Sequence record: MG655270.1
DNA: 64,000 bases
Direction: 5' to 3' (one strand)
In this document: piece after piece, positions 1 to 9,451 of the stretch
Layout: each line of letters begins with the position of its first letter
How positions within the stretch are numbered: position 1 is the first letter of the stretch
The notes under the pieces: generated by a model
Seen by the model: the letters and a program-made list of their open reading frames with translations, nothing else
Databases searched by the model: none
What the model was told of the DNA's origin: nothing
Translations under genes and position numbers: made by a program

Positions 1-1
1 A

Positions 2-757
2 ATCCACGCGCTGTTCAAGTTCGACCTTTACACCCATGTCAAAAATAAACTGGTACTCTCGGCCACCCTTGAGGCGGATGACCAGTTTATTAACGACATG
101 TACTTTGTCATCTACCCGAATAAAATCAGGTTCCGTGGCGGCGAGTATGATAAGTACATCGAAGCGATTGCCTTGATGTATGGACTGGTGAGTAATAAGA
201 AGGTCAAGACCAAAGGCTTCGGCGGGACGTATAACCACGTCAAGTTTGAGCAAAGCATCATGAAAGACAAGCAGCTGTTGAAGACGTACCTTACGCTCAT
301 CAACAAAGTGTTCTCCTTCTTCTTTATTAAAGTGAAGGAACCCGAACAACGCTGCCTCATTTATTGTGCCACGGTCGAGATGTGTTTGTACGTGACGGAT
401 TATCTGAGCAGTATTCATGATACCCTGATCGTGCGTAAGTATACCCAGGAAGACCCGAAAGAATCGTTGTATGAATCTGACGTGAGTGTTTCGACACTGA
501 AGTCAGCCGGTACCGGTGTGGATATCCCAGGACTCCGCACTTGCATCATGACGATCGCGATTGGGTCACGGCAAGCCAGTGATCAGGCATTGGGACGACT
601 GCGGCGGTTGAAAGACTACCCGGACACCATCCCGACGTTTGTTTACTTCGCCTGCACGGGTATCGAAGCACACATGAAATACCACAGCAAGAAACTCGAA
701 CTCTTCCCAGTGAAGACGTTGAGTCTGCGTGAGGTGAACAGCGGCTTCTCGTTATAA
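2..757 (+). CDS. SF2 (UvsW-like) helicase, C-terminal part; 5' end lies outside the window
   Basis: Frame open from nt 2 (IHALFKF...LVLSATL = motif III SAT); STLKSAGTGVDIPGL (motif V) and QALGRLRR (motif VI); position upstream of RNAP and DNAP genes matches phiKZ gp75. Confidence 0.85.
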   Translation: MHALFKFDLYTHVKNKLVLSATLEADDQFINDMYFVIYPNKIRFRGGEYDKYIEAIALMYGLVSNKKVKTKGFGGTYNHVKFEQSIMKDKQLLKTYLTLINKVFSFFFIKVKEPEQRCLIYCATVEMCLYVTDYLSSIHDTLIVRKYTQEDPKESLYESDVSVSTLKSAGTGVDIPGLRTCIMTIAIGSRQASDQALGRLRRLKDYPDTIPTFVYFACTGIEAHMKYHSKKLELFPVKTLSLREVNSGFSL

Positions 758-768
758 ACTGACTGTGT

Positions 769-806
769 AAAAGACCAGGGGGCTTACTCCTTGGTCTTTT
801 ATGCTT
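769..806 (+). terminator. Stem-loop with TTTTATGC tail after helicase
   Basis: AAAAGACCAGGGG-GCTTA-CTCCTTGGTCTTTT then ATGC. Confidence 0.7.
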
Positions 807-841
807 TCTTTCCTTTTCTTTTTGTTAAGGATACACAGCTT

Positions 842-1168
842 ATGAATGGTAACCGGCCAGTAATGGTGATTGGCGGCATGGGGTTGAGTCCTGCATTGAT
901 TGAGCGCTTACGACAGTTAGACGACCTGGAGATCAAATTGGTGGCCGATGTGGCAATCAGCGATATCCTGGAGTTTGAACCGGGTTATGCTCGCGGATTG
1001 GTTCAGGCGATTCAGCATCAGCAACAACGTGAGTGGAATCCCTTCCGGGAAAGCTACTGGGATAACTTCATTACCCTGCGACGTAAAGAAGTCAACGGAC
1101 ATACCCGCATTCCTCCCAAGAAAGCCACCTGCAGCTCCCGTCGTAAGGGACGGAGGTTCAAGGGATGA
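842..1168 (+). CDS. Hypothetical protein with basic C-terminal tail
   Basis: AAGGA RBS before ATG 842 (track start 791 lies in the terminator); ends RRKGRRFKG; overlaps the next start (ATGA). Confidence 0.7.
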   Translation: MNGNRPVMVIGGMGLSPALIERLRQLDDLEIKLVADVAISDILEFEPGYARGLVQAIQHQQQREWNPFRESYWDNFITLRRKEVNGHTRIPPKKATCSSRRKGRRFKG

Positions 1169-1488
1169 GTGAGATCGATTATCGTGCATTGAAGTATTGT
1201 GTTACCAAGGTTAGTCGGCGTATCCGCGACGGGGATTCCCGTAACGCGTCACGTTGCCTCTTCCAGTATGTTGAGACGCACGCCGCATTACAAGACATGG
1301 CCGCCATTGATCGTCTTTTAGCACAGTGCCGAGAAAATAAGGTACCCCTAAAAGAGATCAACAAAGTCTCGTTACTGCGTGCATGCTCATGTTTACGCCC
1401 CCACCTTACAGAGTATCAGTCGTGCATGGACCTGTGGCGCCAGGACATTAAAGCGGCGGGTATGGAAAACTTATTAATAGGATTGTGA
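1165..1488 (+). CDS. Hypothetical protein
   Basis: 107-aa ORF tightly coupled to both neighbours. Confidence 0.7.
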   Translation: MSEIDYRALKYCVTKVSRRIRDGDSRNASRCLFQYVETHAALQDMAAIDRLLAQCRENKVPLKEINKVSLLRACSCLRPHLTEYQSCMDLWRQDIKAAGMENLLIGL

Positions 1489-1489
1489 T

Positions 1490-1852
1490 ATGTCTGATTA
1501 TTGTGCGGATATCTTTAAAGCGATCAGTTGCAAAACCCCCACCAAAGGCAGTGAACTCTACATCGATGATTTCGGTGATCTGTGGATGTTGATTCCCAAG
1601 CTTAACCGCTTCGGTGAGCAGTCAGTGTTTCGTCAGTATGCTGGTAACCTTGCGTTGATGGCTGACCGCGGGCAGATGTATCAGGGTCAGTTATATGTGT
1701 GTGAGTTGATCCCGGGATATCACTTGGTGTTAACCAACCAAGCCGTGATGGTCAACCAATACAGCCTGGTGCAGTATGTGAAGACCCGTGCTGCGAAAGT
1801 GGAAGCGCGCTACCGTAAGAAACCCAAGCCGATGAGCCGAGCTTACGCGTAA
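1490..1852 (+). CDS. Hypothetical protein
   Basis: 120 aa, AGGA RBS, basic C-terminus. Confidence 0.7.
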   Translation: MSDYCADIFKAISCKTPTKGSELYIDDFGDLWMLIPKLNRFGEQSVFRQYAGNLALMADRGQMYQGQLYVCELIPGYHLVLTNQAVMVNQYSLVQYVKTRAAKVEARYRKKPKPMSRAYA

Positions 1853-1882
1853 GCAACCTGACTGACAAGAAAGGATAGACCT

Positions 1883-2392
1883 ATGTTCGAATGGTTCTCT
1901 GTGTTATTGATGAAGTGGTTGACCCGAAAGGAAAAGAAACACAACAGGGCAGTGCGGGTAGAACCGGTGGTGTTTGAACCGCAACTCAAACCCACCCCGC
2001 AGCCGTTGAGTAACGCGTTAAAAGAAGAAGCGCAGCAGATTCGGGACACCCTGCTGTTTGAGTCGCCGTTGAATAAATCCCGACCGATCCCGACCAAACC
2101 CACCTTACGGGTAGTAAGACCCAGTACAAGCTCATCACGCCCACACGGTAAGGCGAACGATGACAGCATGCTAACACATGCCTTATTGATGCAGCAGGTG
2201 TTAGCAGACGATACAGCGCCGTCTGATCGTCATCATCGTACCCATGCCCCTCAGGATAACCACCGCCATGAAGACCGACCCTCGTACCATTCCACGCCCA
2301 CTCATCATAGCAGCCCTGGTAGTAGTCGCGATGATGATAACGGGAGTAATGATTACAGTAGCGGACCTAGTGACAGCGGTTCGTCTGATTAA
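1883..2392 (+). CDS. Hypothetical protein, hydrophobic N-terminus and His/Ser/Asp low-complexity tail
   Basis: AAGGA RBS; ends DDDNGSNDYSSGPSDSGSSD. Confidence 0.7.
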   Translation: MFEWFSVLLMKWLTRKEKKHNRAVRVEPVVFEPQLKPTPQPLSNALKEEAQQIRDTLLFESPLNKSRPIPTKPTLRVVRPSTSSSRPHGKANDDSMLTHALLMQQVLADDTAPSDRHHRTHAPQDNHRHEDRPSYHSTPTHHSSPGSSRDDDNGSNDYSSGPSDSGSSD

Positions 2393-2431
2393 CACCTTCG
2401 ATTAACCTTACGTAATAAGGAACGCCTCACC

Positions 2432-2671
2432 ATGACAGATCCCCACCCCATTCTCGCCGCAGCCATCGGAGAGCCCCAGGATGACGATTACTGGGACTTT
2501 CCGGGCGAGACTGTTGTTGGTCACGGTGATCTGATGTACACCAATATCCATAAACCCCAAGCATTATGGAACGGTGTTATTCGGTCACTGCAAAAACGTT
2601 TCCTTACCGAACCACCGAACACCCAAAAGGAACAGCATCATGTCGCACAAGAACCGCGCCCCTCAAATTAA
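2432..2671 (+). CDS. Hypothetical protein
   Basis: 79 aa, AAGGA RBS. Confidence 0.55.
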   Translation: MTDPHPILAAAIGEPQDDDYWDFPGETVVGHGDLMYTNIHKPQALWNGVIRSLQKRFLTEPPNTQKEQHHVAQEPRPSN

Positions 2672-3434
2672 GTTAACCGGCATCAGAGATGGCGAAAATG
2701 ACGTCTATATCCCCGTGGCTGGATTAGGTATTGCTAATGCCGCTGGAATTACGTACGACCCCACCGCAATTAGTAGTGCGCTGGATAAGCTTCGAACTGA
2801 CAGGCGTTATTTCGATAATTTGCAAAGCCATCCGTATTATCAGCAGAACCTGTTTACGAAATACATTGGTCTGATACCTGATGACGCTGATTATCGCGGC
2901 ACACCTGTTCAACGCCATCCGTTCATGCGTGAGATGGCATTGCGGTTTGGCATCGCGCTGGAATCAGTCAGACTCAACTCCCATCGTCAGACCGGTAAAT
3001 CGAATTTCATGTACTACCGCATGGTGCAGTTCCACAACCATTATCTGCAGGAAATGACCGATATAAAGGCAAGCAAGCCGATCCCTATTGACCTTACCCG
3101 TTACCTGAAATTAATAACCGGTAAGGATTTCTGGGAGAAGCCTGGCGTGGGTGCATGGGGTAGTGAGTTTACCGAACTCTATTTTCATAGACACCAGGCA
3201 GGTAGTGGTGGTAAGTCAATGTTCTACAACATGCTGCCGAGAATCAAACTGCATCTGGCTGGTATTCACGCAACTCTCGGTGGTCGACCGTGGATCTACC
3301 ACAATGTTGTCAGTCGTGGTCCTGCAGGTTTCTGGCCAGCCACAATAGAGTACGGTATGGCAAGCAACGGCCCGGCTATGACTGCTCAGCTTAACCGTGA
3401 GCGTATGATCAAACCTAAGAAAGGGAGAGCATAA
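2640..3434 (+). CDS. Hypothetical protein with P-loop-like strings (RQTGKS, GSGGKS)
   Basis: AAGGA RBS before ATG 2640, in frame with track ORF 2574..3434. Confidence 0.7.
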   Translation: MSHKNRAPQIKLTGIRDGENDVYIPVAGLGIANAAGITYDPTAISSALDKLRTDRRYFDNLQSHPYYQQNLFTKYIGLIPDDADYRGTPVQRHPFMREMALRFGIALESVRLNSHRQTGKSNFMYYRMVQFHNHYLQEMTDIKASKPIPIDLTRYLKLITGKDFWEKPGVGAWGSEFTELYFHRHQAGSGGKSMFYNMLPRIKLHLAGIHATLGGRPWIYHNVVSRGPAGFWPATIEYGMASNGPAMTAQLNRERMIKPKKGRA

Positions 3435-4336
3435 TGGCTTTAGATCAAGAGTATTACGAAAAGGCATTAGCGGTGCTCGCTTCCAAAGGTTTCCCTGATA
3501 AGGAAGCAGACGAAATTGCCACAACCCTTTCTGTCTATCTGCCTATGCGATTCATCAAGGCTGGTGAATGGGCGCTGTTGTCACAGGACGTGACACCCGT
3601 TAACTCGTTGGCGCTCAAGCACCTGGAGTTACTCGAAAGAATTCCTGAGTTAAAGAAGCCCATGATTCTTAAGATGCCGACCGATTTCACCTACACAACC
3701 TACGGTCAGGAGTATTGTCCAGGTGCCGATGCACCCGTATACAAAACTGGCCCTGATGGTTACACACATCACCCGGTAGGCTGGGAAAGTGGAATTACTG
3801 GTGTGACGGGTATTTCTGGCGAGGATGGTGTTGAAATTGGCGGTGTTAAACCTGTACGTCATGATTTCAAATACGCGTTACCACCCGAGCTCGGTTTACC
3901 GAAGGGTGTAACACCGGAACAAGCTAATTATCTGAAGCTTCATGACCTCAGTGATATCGAGGGGATCAAGCGGGCTTATCCAGATATAGATGAAGAGACT
4001 GCTCAAAGTCTGTCGGCTATGCAGCGTAAGATCGACCAACGTTTAGGGCGTGCACATCGTGAAACACGCAACTCTGAAATGCTTGGTCAGCGGGCTCAGC
4101 AGCAGTATCGTGGTAGCTTGTTTGAGAAGTTCTTGATTGACGAACCGATCGGTGAACCTAAAGGCATGACCGTCAAGATCATGACGCACTCCATTCGCAA
4201 CTTCGGCCACGGGTTACAAATCAGCACACCGTTGTTTGGCCAGAGTCATAAATCTCCAACGGGCCCACAAACTATGCCGGGTCTTGAAAAGGGACGTAAT
4301 GGCCACGGCAAGCGTAAAAAGAAAGGTAAACGATGA
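3434..4336 (+). CDS. Hypothetical protein with basic C-terminal tail
   Basis: 300 aa, GGAG RBS, TAATG coupling; ends GKRKKKGKR. Confidence 0.75.
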   Translation: MALDQEYYEKALAVLASKGFPDKEADEIATTLSVYLPMRFIKAGEWALLSQDVTPVNSLALKHLELLERIPELKKPMILKMPTDFTYTTYGQEYCPGADAPVYKTGPDGYTHHPVGWESGITGVTGISGEDGVEIGGVKPVRHDFKYALPPELGLPKGVTPEQANYLKLHDLSDIEGIKRAYPDIDEETAQSLSAMQRKIDQRLGRAHRETRNSEMLGQRAQQQYRGSLFEKFLIDEPIGEPKGMTVKIMTHSIRNFGHGLQISTPLFGQSHKSPTGPQTMPGLEKGRNGHGKRKKKGKR

Positions 4337-5115
4337 TTAACGGTAACACTGAGGGGTCATGGGAATCCCTCCTTAAATGGCATTGGTTTGAAGAGCGGTC
4401 AGCCCGACGGGAGCCAATGCATTTCGTGGTTGTCGATTACGATACGGGTAGTGAAGCCAAGGCGTTTCAGCAGCTGACTGAACTGGCAGAGAAATTGGAC
4501 TATGTCTCTGTTGAACGTATTGCGGCGGCTGACTTCACCCCTGCTCGTACCAGAGCGCTGAACGAGCGTGAAGGCGGGTGGCATTATTGTCATCTGATGG
4601 GGGAGTGTCGGTATGGCCGAGGTGGGATCATCATTGGTGAGGGTGGTGGTTGGACAGGCGCGCACGGTGGTGCCGGTGATGTCGGGATGGCTGCAACCCC
4701 TAATGATGGATCGATACTATACCAAACCGATTGCAATGATCCTGTGGTTGGCAGGCGTAAGTTTAAGACGGTGCGGGATGTCATGGAAAAGGCCAGTCCT
4801 TACGATTGGCCGGTAGAAATCTGTGTAGTGGGTAACCGGCGTGACCCAGAAGTCGTGGCATTATCCCAAGCTGTGTTCAAATCGGTGGGTAGTCGCAATA
4901 TCAAAGTCACTGCCAAAACCCATCAGGAAATGATGTTTAACCAGCGCACACACCAGGTGGTTAATATCACGCCGGCGAAGTATCAAGCGGAGTTTGAAGC
5001 GGCTTACCAGGAAGCTTACATCAACGCTAACACGGTCTCGACCATGCCGGTACGCCTTGGCCCACGTGGACCGTTGCATTCGGTCTTGGCAACCCAACGC
5101 AAGAAACACTTTTAA
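4333..5115 (+). CDS. Hypothetical protein with Gly-rich central segment
   Basis: 260 aa, ATGA overlap with previous gene. Confidence 0.7.
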   Translation: MINGNTEGSWESLLKWHWFEERSARREPMHFVVVDYDTGSEAKAFQQLTELAEKLDYVSVERIAAADFTPARTRALNEREGGWHYCHLMGECRYGRGGIIIGEGGGWTGAHGGAGDVGMAATPNDGSILYQTDCNDPVVGRRKFKTVRDVMEKASPYDWPVEICVVGNRRDPEVVALSQAVFKSVGSRNIKVTAKTHQEMMFNQRTHQVVNITPAKYQAEFEAAYQEAYINANTVSTMPVRLGPRGPLHSVLATQRKKHF

Positions 5116-5142
5116 TCAGTTCCCCTCAACAGGAGAGTAACC

Positions 5143-5448
5143 ATGTGTAACATGCGATCGGATTGGTTTGTAGAAGACGAACCATCCATGCAGGAAAGTG
5201 ATCCGCATTTCGATAACCACGCGATGGATGGCTTGATGGCAAAGATCCGTGACTTTGTTAAAGAGAGCGATGCAGCGACGTATGTGCCTCAGGCACTGTT
5301 TGGCGAAGCGGGTAAAGTCAACTTATCCAAAGTGGCAGCAGTAACCCGTCCGGTCGATCACCTCATTACCCTGAACCCAGTGGCCAATGACGGTGATGTG
5401 TATCTGGACTTCGCGCGAGGGAAGCGGCGTGGATACAAACCCCACTGA
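5143..5448 (+). CDS. Hypothetical protein
   Basis: 101 aa, AGGAG RBS. Confidence 0.65.
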   Translation: MCNMRSDWFVEDEPSMQESDPHFDNHAMDGLMAKIRDFVKESDAATYVPQALFGEAGKVNLSKVAAVTRPVDHLITLNPVANDGDVYLDFARGKRRGYKPH

Positions 5449-5659
5449 AGTTAACATCGAGCAGGCCAATCGTTATGAGGGGTCTACCGATGATTTGGTC
5501 CAGCAAGCTAATGATCGTGGTTTTCTCCAGGGGATTCGTATCACTTCTGGCGAGGACATCGATCCAAGCATTTGGACACCTGAGAAGATCGAAAAGTTGA
5601 AAGCTGCACTTCGACATATTCGTGACTCAGAACAACGCATCAAAGGTAGCCAGGGGTAA
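5429..5659 (+). CDS. Hypothetical protein (probable GTG start, MDTNPTE...)
   Basis: GAGGGA RBS 6 nt before GTG 5429, in frame with track ORF 5387..5659. Confidence 0.55.
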   Translation: MDTNPTEVNIEQANRYEGSTDDLVQQANDRGFLQGIRITSGEDIDPSIWTPEKIEKLKAALRHIRDSEQRIKGSQG

Positions 5660-5677
5660 CACCCTGGCTTTATGCCG
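5648..5677 (+). terminator. Stem-loop plus TTATGCCG element
   Basis: AGCCAGGG-GTAACA-CCCTGGCT-TTATGCCG at gene end. Confidence 0.7.
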
Positions 5678-5697
5678 GTTTAACGAGGACGTGTAAC

Positions 5698-6153
5698 ATG
5701 GAATCGAGCGGTTTGATTACGCTGGCAATGGTCTTTTTAACCTTCGTCATTGGGTTATGTTGTTGGCTGACGCGTTTCATACGCTATCACACCAACCGCT
5801 ACACCGTTGACACCAAGAAGGCGTTAAAGCAATTTGCCTGTAAGCTTGAAAGAGTACTGGATGTCCCGCAGCCGTATTCGCTGGCACAAAGCGAAATGAC
5901 AAGGCTGGATAATGAACTGAACGCTTCTCTCTTCCTCTTTGAAGAGATCACAGGGAAGATCCACGATGAAACCAGTCGACTGTACCTGGAGTCAAGTTTC
6001 ATGGTGGTGCGCGGCACTCAACACGATACCCCGATTCGTATCTGTGTGGCGAACACAATCTTCAGCCTGTCAACGACTAACCACAATCACCACAGCGTCA
6101 TGAAGGTCATCAACGACTTTAATAACCGCTTGGCTAAAATTGTAGAAAGTTAA
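5698..6153 (+). CDS. Hypothetical protein with one N-terminal TM helix
   Basis: GAGG RBS; LITLAMVFLTFVIGLCCWL. Confidence 0.7.
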   Translation: MESSGLITLAMVFLTFVIGLCCWLTRFIRYHTNRYTVDTKKALKQFACKLERVLDVPQPYSLAQSEMTRLDNELNASLFLFEEITGKIHDETSRLYLESSFMVVRGTQHDTPIRICVANTIFSLSTTNHNHHSVMKVINDFNNRLAKIVES

Positions 6154-6167
6154 GCACAGAAAAACTC

Positions 6168-6190
6168 AGACCTATATCACGCCCGTGATA
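6168..6190 (+). promoter_or_regulatory. Candidate phage promoter variant (AGACCTATATCA) overlapping a TATCAC/GTGATA hairpin
   Basis: Resembles the AGACCTACATTA motif found upstream of other genes. Confidence 0.35.
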
Positions 6191-6216
6191 GACCCCTCAA
6201 CCCCCATTAATCTTAA

Positions 6217-6669
6217 GTGAGTTCAATCATGAAATACGTTTACACTATTATCGCTGTTCTTGGTTTCTCTTTTGTGTCTGTTGCAGTTGCTGCAGATCAA
6301 ACCAAAGTGGTGAAAGGCTGGTACGCCGAATACAACACGGCTTCGGTCCTGTATTCTGCTGGGCCAAAGAAAGGACAAGAATTGACTATGGAATGTGTAT
6401 TAGGTGGTTGGACGTTTGCGTATGCAGACAAGATGGGCGAGGAAGTAAACTCGGTCGATGATGACATGACAATCCTGGTCGACGGTGCAGCGTTTGCTGT
6501 GCCGAAGACGCAGAGTCAACGTGAGAAGTTATACGCCGCCATTCAGCATGCTAAGAGTGGTATTCAATACAAAACCCACGCCTATGGTGCGTCGGTAGTA
6601 TTCCCAGTGGATGGCTTGGCCGAGATGTTTCGTGACCTGCCGTTTGAAGTCAGCCCGTGCATGAGCTAA
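6217..6669 (+). CDS. Secreted/periplasmic protein with signal peptide (start may be ATG 6229)
   Basis: MKYVYTIIAVLGFSFVSVAVAA-DQ: n/h regions and an A-x-A cleavage site. Confidence 0.7.
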   Translation: MSSIMKYVYTIIAVLGFSFVSVAVAADQTKVVKGWYAEYNTASVLYSAGPKKGQELTMECVLGGWTFAYADKMGEEVNSVDDDMTILVDGAAFAVPKTQSQREKLYAAIQHAKSGIQYKTHAYGASVVFPVDGLAEMFRDLPFEVSPCMS

Positions 6670-6682
6670 AAGGAAAACAATT

Positions 6683-7384
6683 GTGATGGCCCCTACCAAA
6701 CAAATTAAACGCAGCTACCGTCTGATCAAAGTGACTGCCGATGTAACACGGGATAACTGGGTCGGGAAAGATATCGACTTCATTGTTCAGCCCAATAAAG
6801 ACATGATCGATGACACCACACGTGGTGGGCCTAATCGCCTGCTCGCGACATACAGCGTGCTGGGCAACCGCATACCTGTAACCGTTAACAGCCATGCGAC
6901 CATTACCCGGGAAGAAGGCTTGCAGGATCTGCAGGTTAGTATCGTCGATGGTCAGTCAAACTACATTGACATCAGTAATGTGCGTTACGTTGTGTCGTGT
7001 GAGTTAGAAGAGCACTTCACCTACACCCCACCAAAAGAACCTTCGCTACTTGATCAGCTGGTTGGCGGACCAATGGGTGACCCAACCCATATGTTCATTA
7101 TCGATGAAAACTATAACGTCTTTGTCGGCACAACGAACGATTCACAGGAAGATTATACCTTGGCTGGTCGTCTGGTCAGTAACCTCGGTTCTCATGATGC
7201 TGAAGCTAATGATTTGGAGATTATCGGCAGTTATCCTGATGACCAAGGTGACCACTACTACGTCTCCATTGACTGGAACAAGTCATTTATTTCCGGGATT
7301 TCCAACAACGAGAAATGCGAATGGTTTAACCAACTCGATGCACTGGTAGCAATGTTGCTGGAAAAGATTAAAGTTACAGTGTAA
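6683..7384 (+). CDS. Hypothetical protein
   Basis: 233 aa, AAGGA RBS. Confidence 0.7.
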   Translation: MMAPTKQIKRSYRLIKVTADVTRDNWVGKDIDFIVQPNKDMIDDTTRGGPNRLLATYSVLGNRIPVTVNSHATITREEGLQDLQVSIVDGQSNYIDISNVRYVVSCELEEHFTYTPPKEPSLLDQLVGGPMGDPTHMFIIDENYNVFVGTTNDSQEDYTLAGRLVSNLGSHDAEANDLEIIGSYPDDQGDHYYVSIDWNKSFISGISNNEKCEWFNQLDALVAMLLEKIKVTV

Positions 7385-7392
7385 GTAATATC

Positions 7393-7425
7393 AGGCAGGG
7401 GGACTACTCTCTGCCTTTATTTTTT
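7393..7425 (+). terminator. Intrinsic terminator
   Basis: AGGCAGGG(GG)-loop-CTCTCTGCCT followed by TTATTTTTT. Confidence 0.75.
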
Positions 7426-7496
7426 GTGGTATTCTGCCACAGAAAACTACTGGCCATACTACCAGTGGTATTCACTCAATAGACTGCGAGGAATAA

Positions 7497-8057
7497 ATGA
7501 TGTTTGATAAAATTGAAGGATTGGCTGATGTGATCGAGCTGAAGTACGGCTTGCTTGATATCACCTATCACCGCGATAACGACAAAGACCTCTATGTCGA
7601 TGTCTTTTATAAAGACACACGCTTGTCAAGCCGGCGTGACCTGACCGATGCCCTGGACTACGCTTATATCGGTGTGCGGTTGTGTAACCCTCAGTTCGGT
7701 GCCTGGTGTTATGGTGCTGAGCGTGAGTTGGTCATGTCGCATTTAATGGACGCATTGAGAATGGTGGGTAAGCCTGCACCCAGGGCGGTTGAAGACTCAC
7801 GGTTAAAGACAGGGATTCATCGTACCATTCAGCTGCTTGCCGAGAACGGTAACCTGCATCCGAAAGAGGATGATATCCGCATCACGATCCATCGTGCAGC
7901 ACGAGTGGACTACGGTTCAACAGATACCATCGAAACAACCATCAGCATGACCAACCACGATATTACTATTAGTAAGCGACGGATTGAGTGTGTCAGTGGT
8001 GAGATGCGGGATTTACAAGCATGGGCGCGTAAGTTATATGCGAGACACTTTGAATAA
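7497..8057 (+). CDS. Hypothetical protein
   Basis: 186 aa, GAGGA RBS. Confidence 0.7.
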   Translation: MMFDKIEGLADVIELKYGLLDITYHRDNDKDLYVDVFYKDTRLSSRRDLTDALDYAYIGVRLCNPQFGAWCYGAERELVMSHLMDALRMVGKPAPRAVEDSRLKTGIHRTIQLLAENGNLHPKEDDIRITIHRAARVDYGSTDTIETTISMTNHDITISKRRIECVSGEMRDLQAWARKLYARHFE

Positions 8058-8067
8058 CGAGGTAGCT

Positions 8068-8469
8068 ATGGGTAGTGCGTACTGTAAGGTTGTGGCAATC
8101 CACAGCATCTATGTACACAGTGCAGCGATGGAAGCGGTATCCGCTAAATACAGGAGCTGTTTTCGTTTGGCGTATAACTTCGTGAATGCTACGCAGTTAG
8201 CCCAACAGCTACGGCTTGCCGTGAAGAACAGCGAAATCCTGATTGTCGATACCAGTGACTTTACTCGCCGGGCACTTAACAATCTTAATGAGCAGTTCTA
8301 CTGCATCTATCCGGGTGAGGAACAACATTCCGATATGTCAGTCAAGCATCAGCGTAACTGTCGCATGACGCCTGACTGTATTCATATCGAAATTCAAAAC
8401 CTCAGCGACTTTGAGCGCTTAAACTGGGAAGTTCGACCCGATGCAGGGTTAAGGATATCACGCCGTTAG
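8068..8469 (+). CDS. Hypothetical protein
   Basis: GAGGT RBS before ATG 8068, in frame with track ORF 7984..8469. Confidence 0.65.
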   Translation: MGSAYCKVVAIHSIYVHSAAMEAVSAKYRSCFRLAYNFVNATQLAQQLRLAVKNSEILIVDTSDFTRRALNNLNEQFYCIYPGEEQHSDMSVKHQRNCRMTPDCIHIEIQNLSDFERLNWEVRPDAGLRISRR

Positions 8470-8471
8470 AA

Positions 8472-8522
8472 CGGCATATAGGCCCTCCATTACGGAGGGC
8501 CTTTTATGACATCTTTTTTTTT
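8472..8522. terminator. Bidirectional stem-loop at a convergent junction
   Basis: CGGCATA-T-AGGCCCTCC-ATTAC-GGAGGGCCT-TTTATGAC, then T9. Confidence 0.75.
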
Positions 8523-8533
8523 GGTTTACAGCG

Positions 8534-8980
8534 TTATACCAGGCGCTGAGTTAGCTGCGAACTATATTGAATAGCGTGATAGGTCGCAGGTTTCTCAAGC
8601 TGCTCGGTGCAGCGGTAGACCGGGGTCTTCATAAAAGGACAACCGGCATTCATTAATGCCTCACGGTTGCTGGGCGACTCATCAACGCGAATCACCACAT
8701 CCGTGGACTGGAAGCCAAAGACTTCCCGCTTCGTTGCAGTATATTCTGCATCCAGCACCACGATCTTACGGTTGATCACCAGCTTCACGGCCACCGGGTA
8801 TTTGATTACCAGGTCTGACCCTAAGCCCGCCAAGACAAACTTAATGACAAACTTCTTAAGTCCATTTAGCAACTGACTCTCACTGGCCCAACTTTTAACA
8901 ATCTGCAGCATGTGTGTATTTCCACTCATATAAGGGGAAGTTAAGAAAAGCAACCTGAGGGCCCGTCCGTGATCCCTCAT
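8534..8980 (-). CDS. Hypothetical protein (true start may be 8929 or 8911)
   Basis: ORF follows the frameshift gene and ends at the convergent terminator. Confidence 0.55.
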   Translation of the reverse strand: MRDHGRALRLLFLTSPYMSGNTHMLQIVKSWASESQLLNGLKKFVIKFVLAGLGSDLVIKYPVAVKLVINRKIVVLDAEYTATKREVFGFQSTDVVIRVDESPSNREALMNAGCPFMKTPVYRCTEQLEKPATYHAIQYSSQLTQRLV

Positions 8981-8986
8981 AATGTA

Positions 8987-9451
8987 TTACTTCATACCGT
9001 CCAACTGCTTTTGAAGTTCCTTTAACTGACGGCTTGCATCCGGCGTCTCGGCGTCATGATCTCTGATCGCTTCAATAAACGACTTCCGTTTGCAATAAGG
9101 ATACTTCATCCATTTATCAAATGACAAACCAAATTTGCCCAAGATATCCGCACGCAGATATTCGAGCTCATACTTTCGATACCCAACTAACGCCAGCGAG
9201 TCTTCCTGCTCGACCTGTAAGATTAACGAGAGCGGCGAGGTTTCCACGTTATGGTCAATAATCCCAAACGTGTCATCGTAAAGCTCTGTTAATCGAATTA
9301 GTGGATACTCCCAGTTCTCGGTAAGAAACGTGGGGTTTTCTAACGCGACATCCCAGGCATCGGACCGATCACTTTCGGACAGACCGAAATCCCAATGGAT
9401 TAGATGTCGGCTTGATCGAACGTCTGATTCAGTGTATTCGTCATTAGGGTA
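8987..9451 (-). CDS. Probable -1 frameshift extension of ORF 9400..11019 (fusion about 677 aa)
   Basis: Frame open from 9499 to 8987 with no ATG/GTG/TTG before 9247; slippery T TTT TTT at 9457-9451 is in register with the upstream ORF. Confidence 0.6.
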   Translation of the reverse strand, partial: YPNDEYTESDVRSSRHLIHWDFGLSESDRSDAWDVALENPTFLTENWEYPLIRLTELYDDTFGIIDHNVETSPLSLILQVEQEDSLALVGYRKYELEYLRADILGKFGLSFDKWMKYPYCKRKSFIEAIRDHDAETPDASRQLKELQKQLDGMK

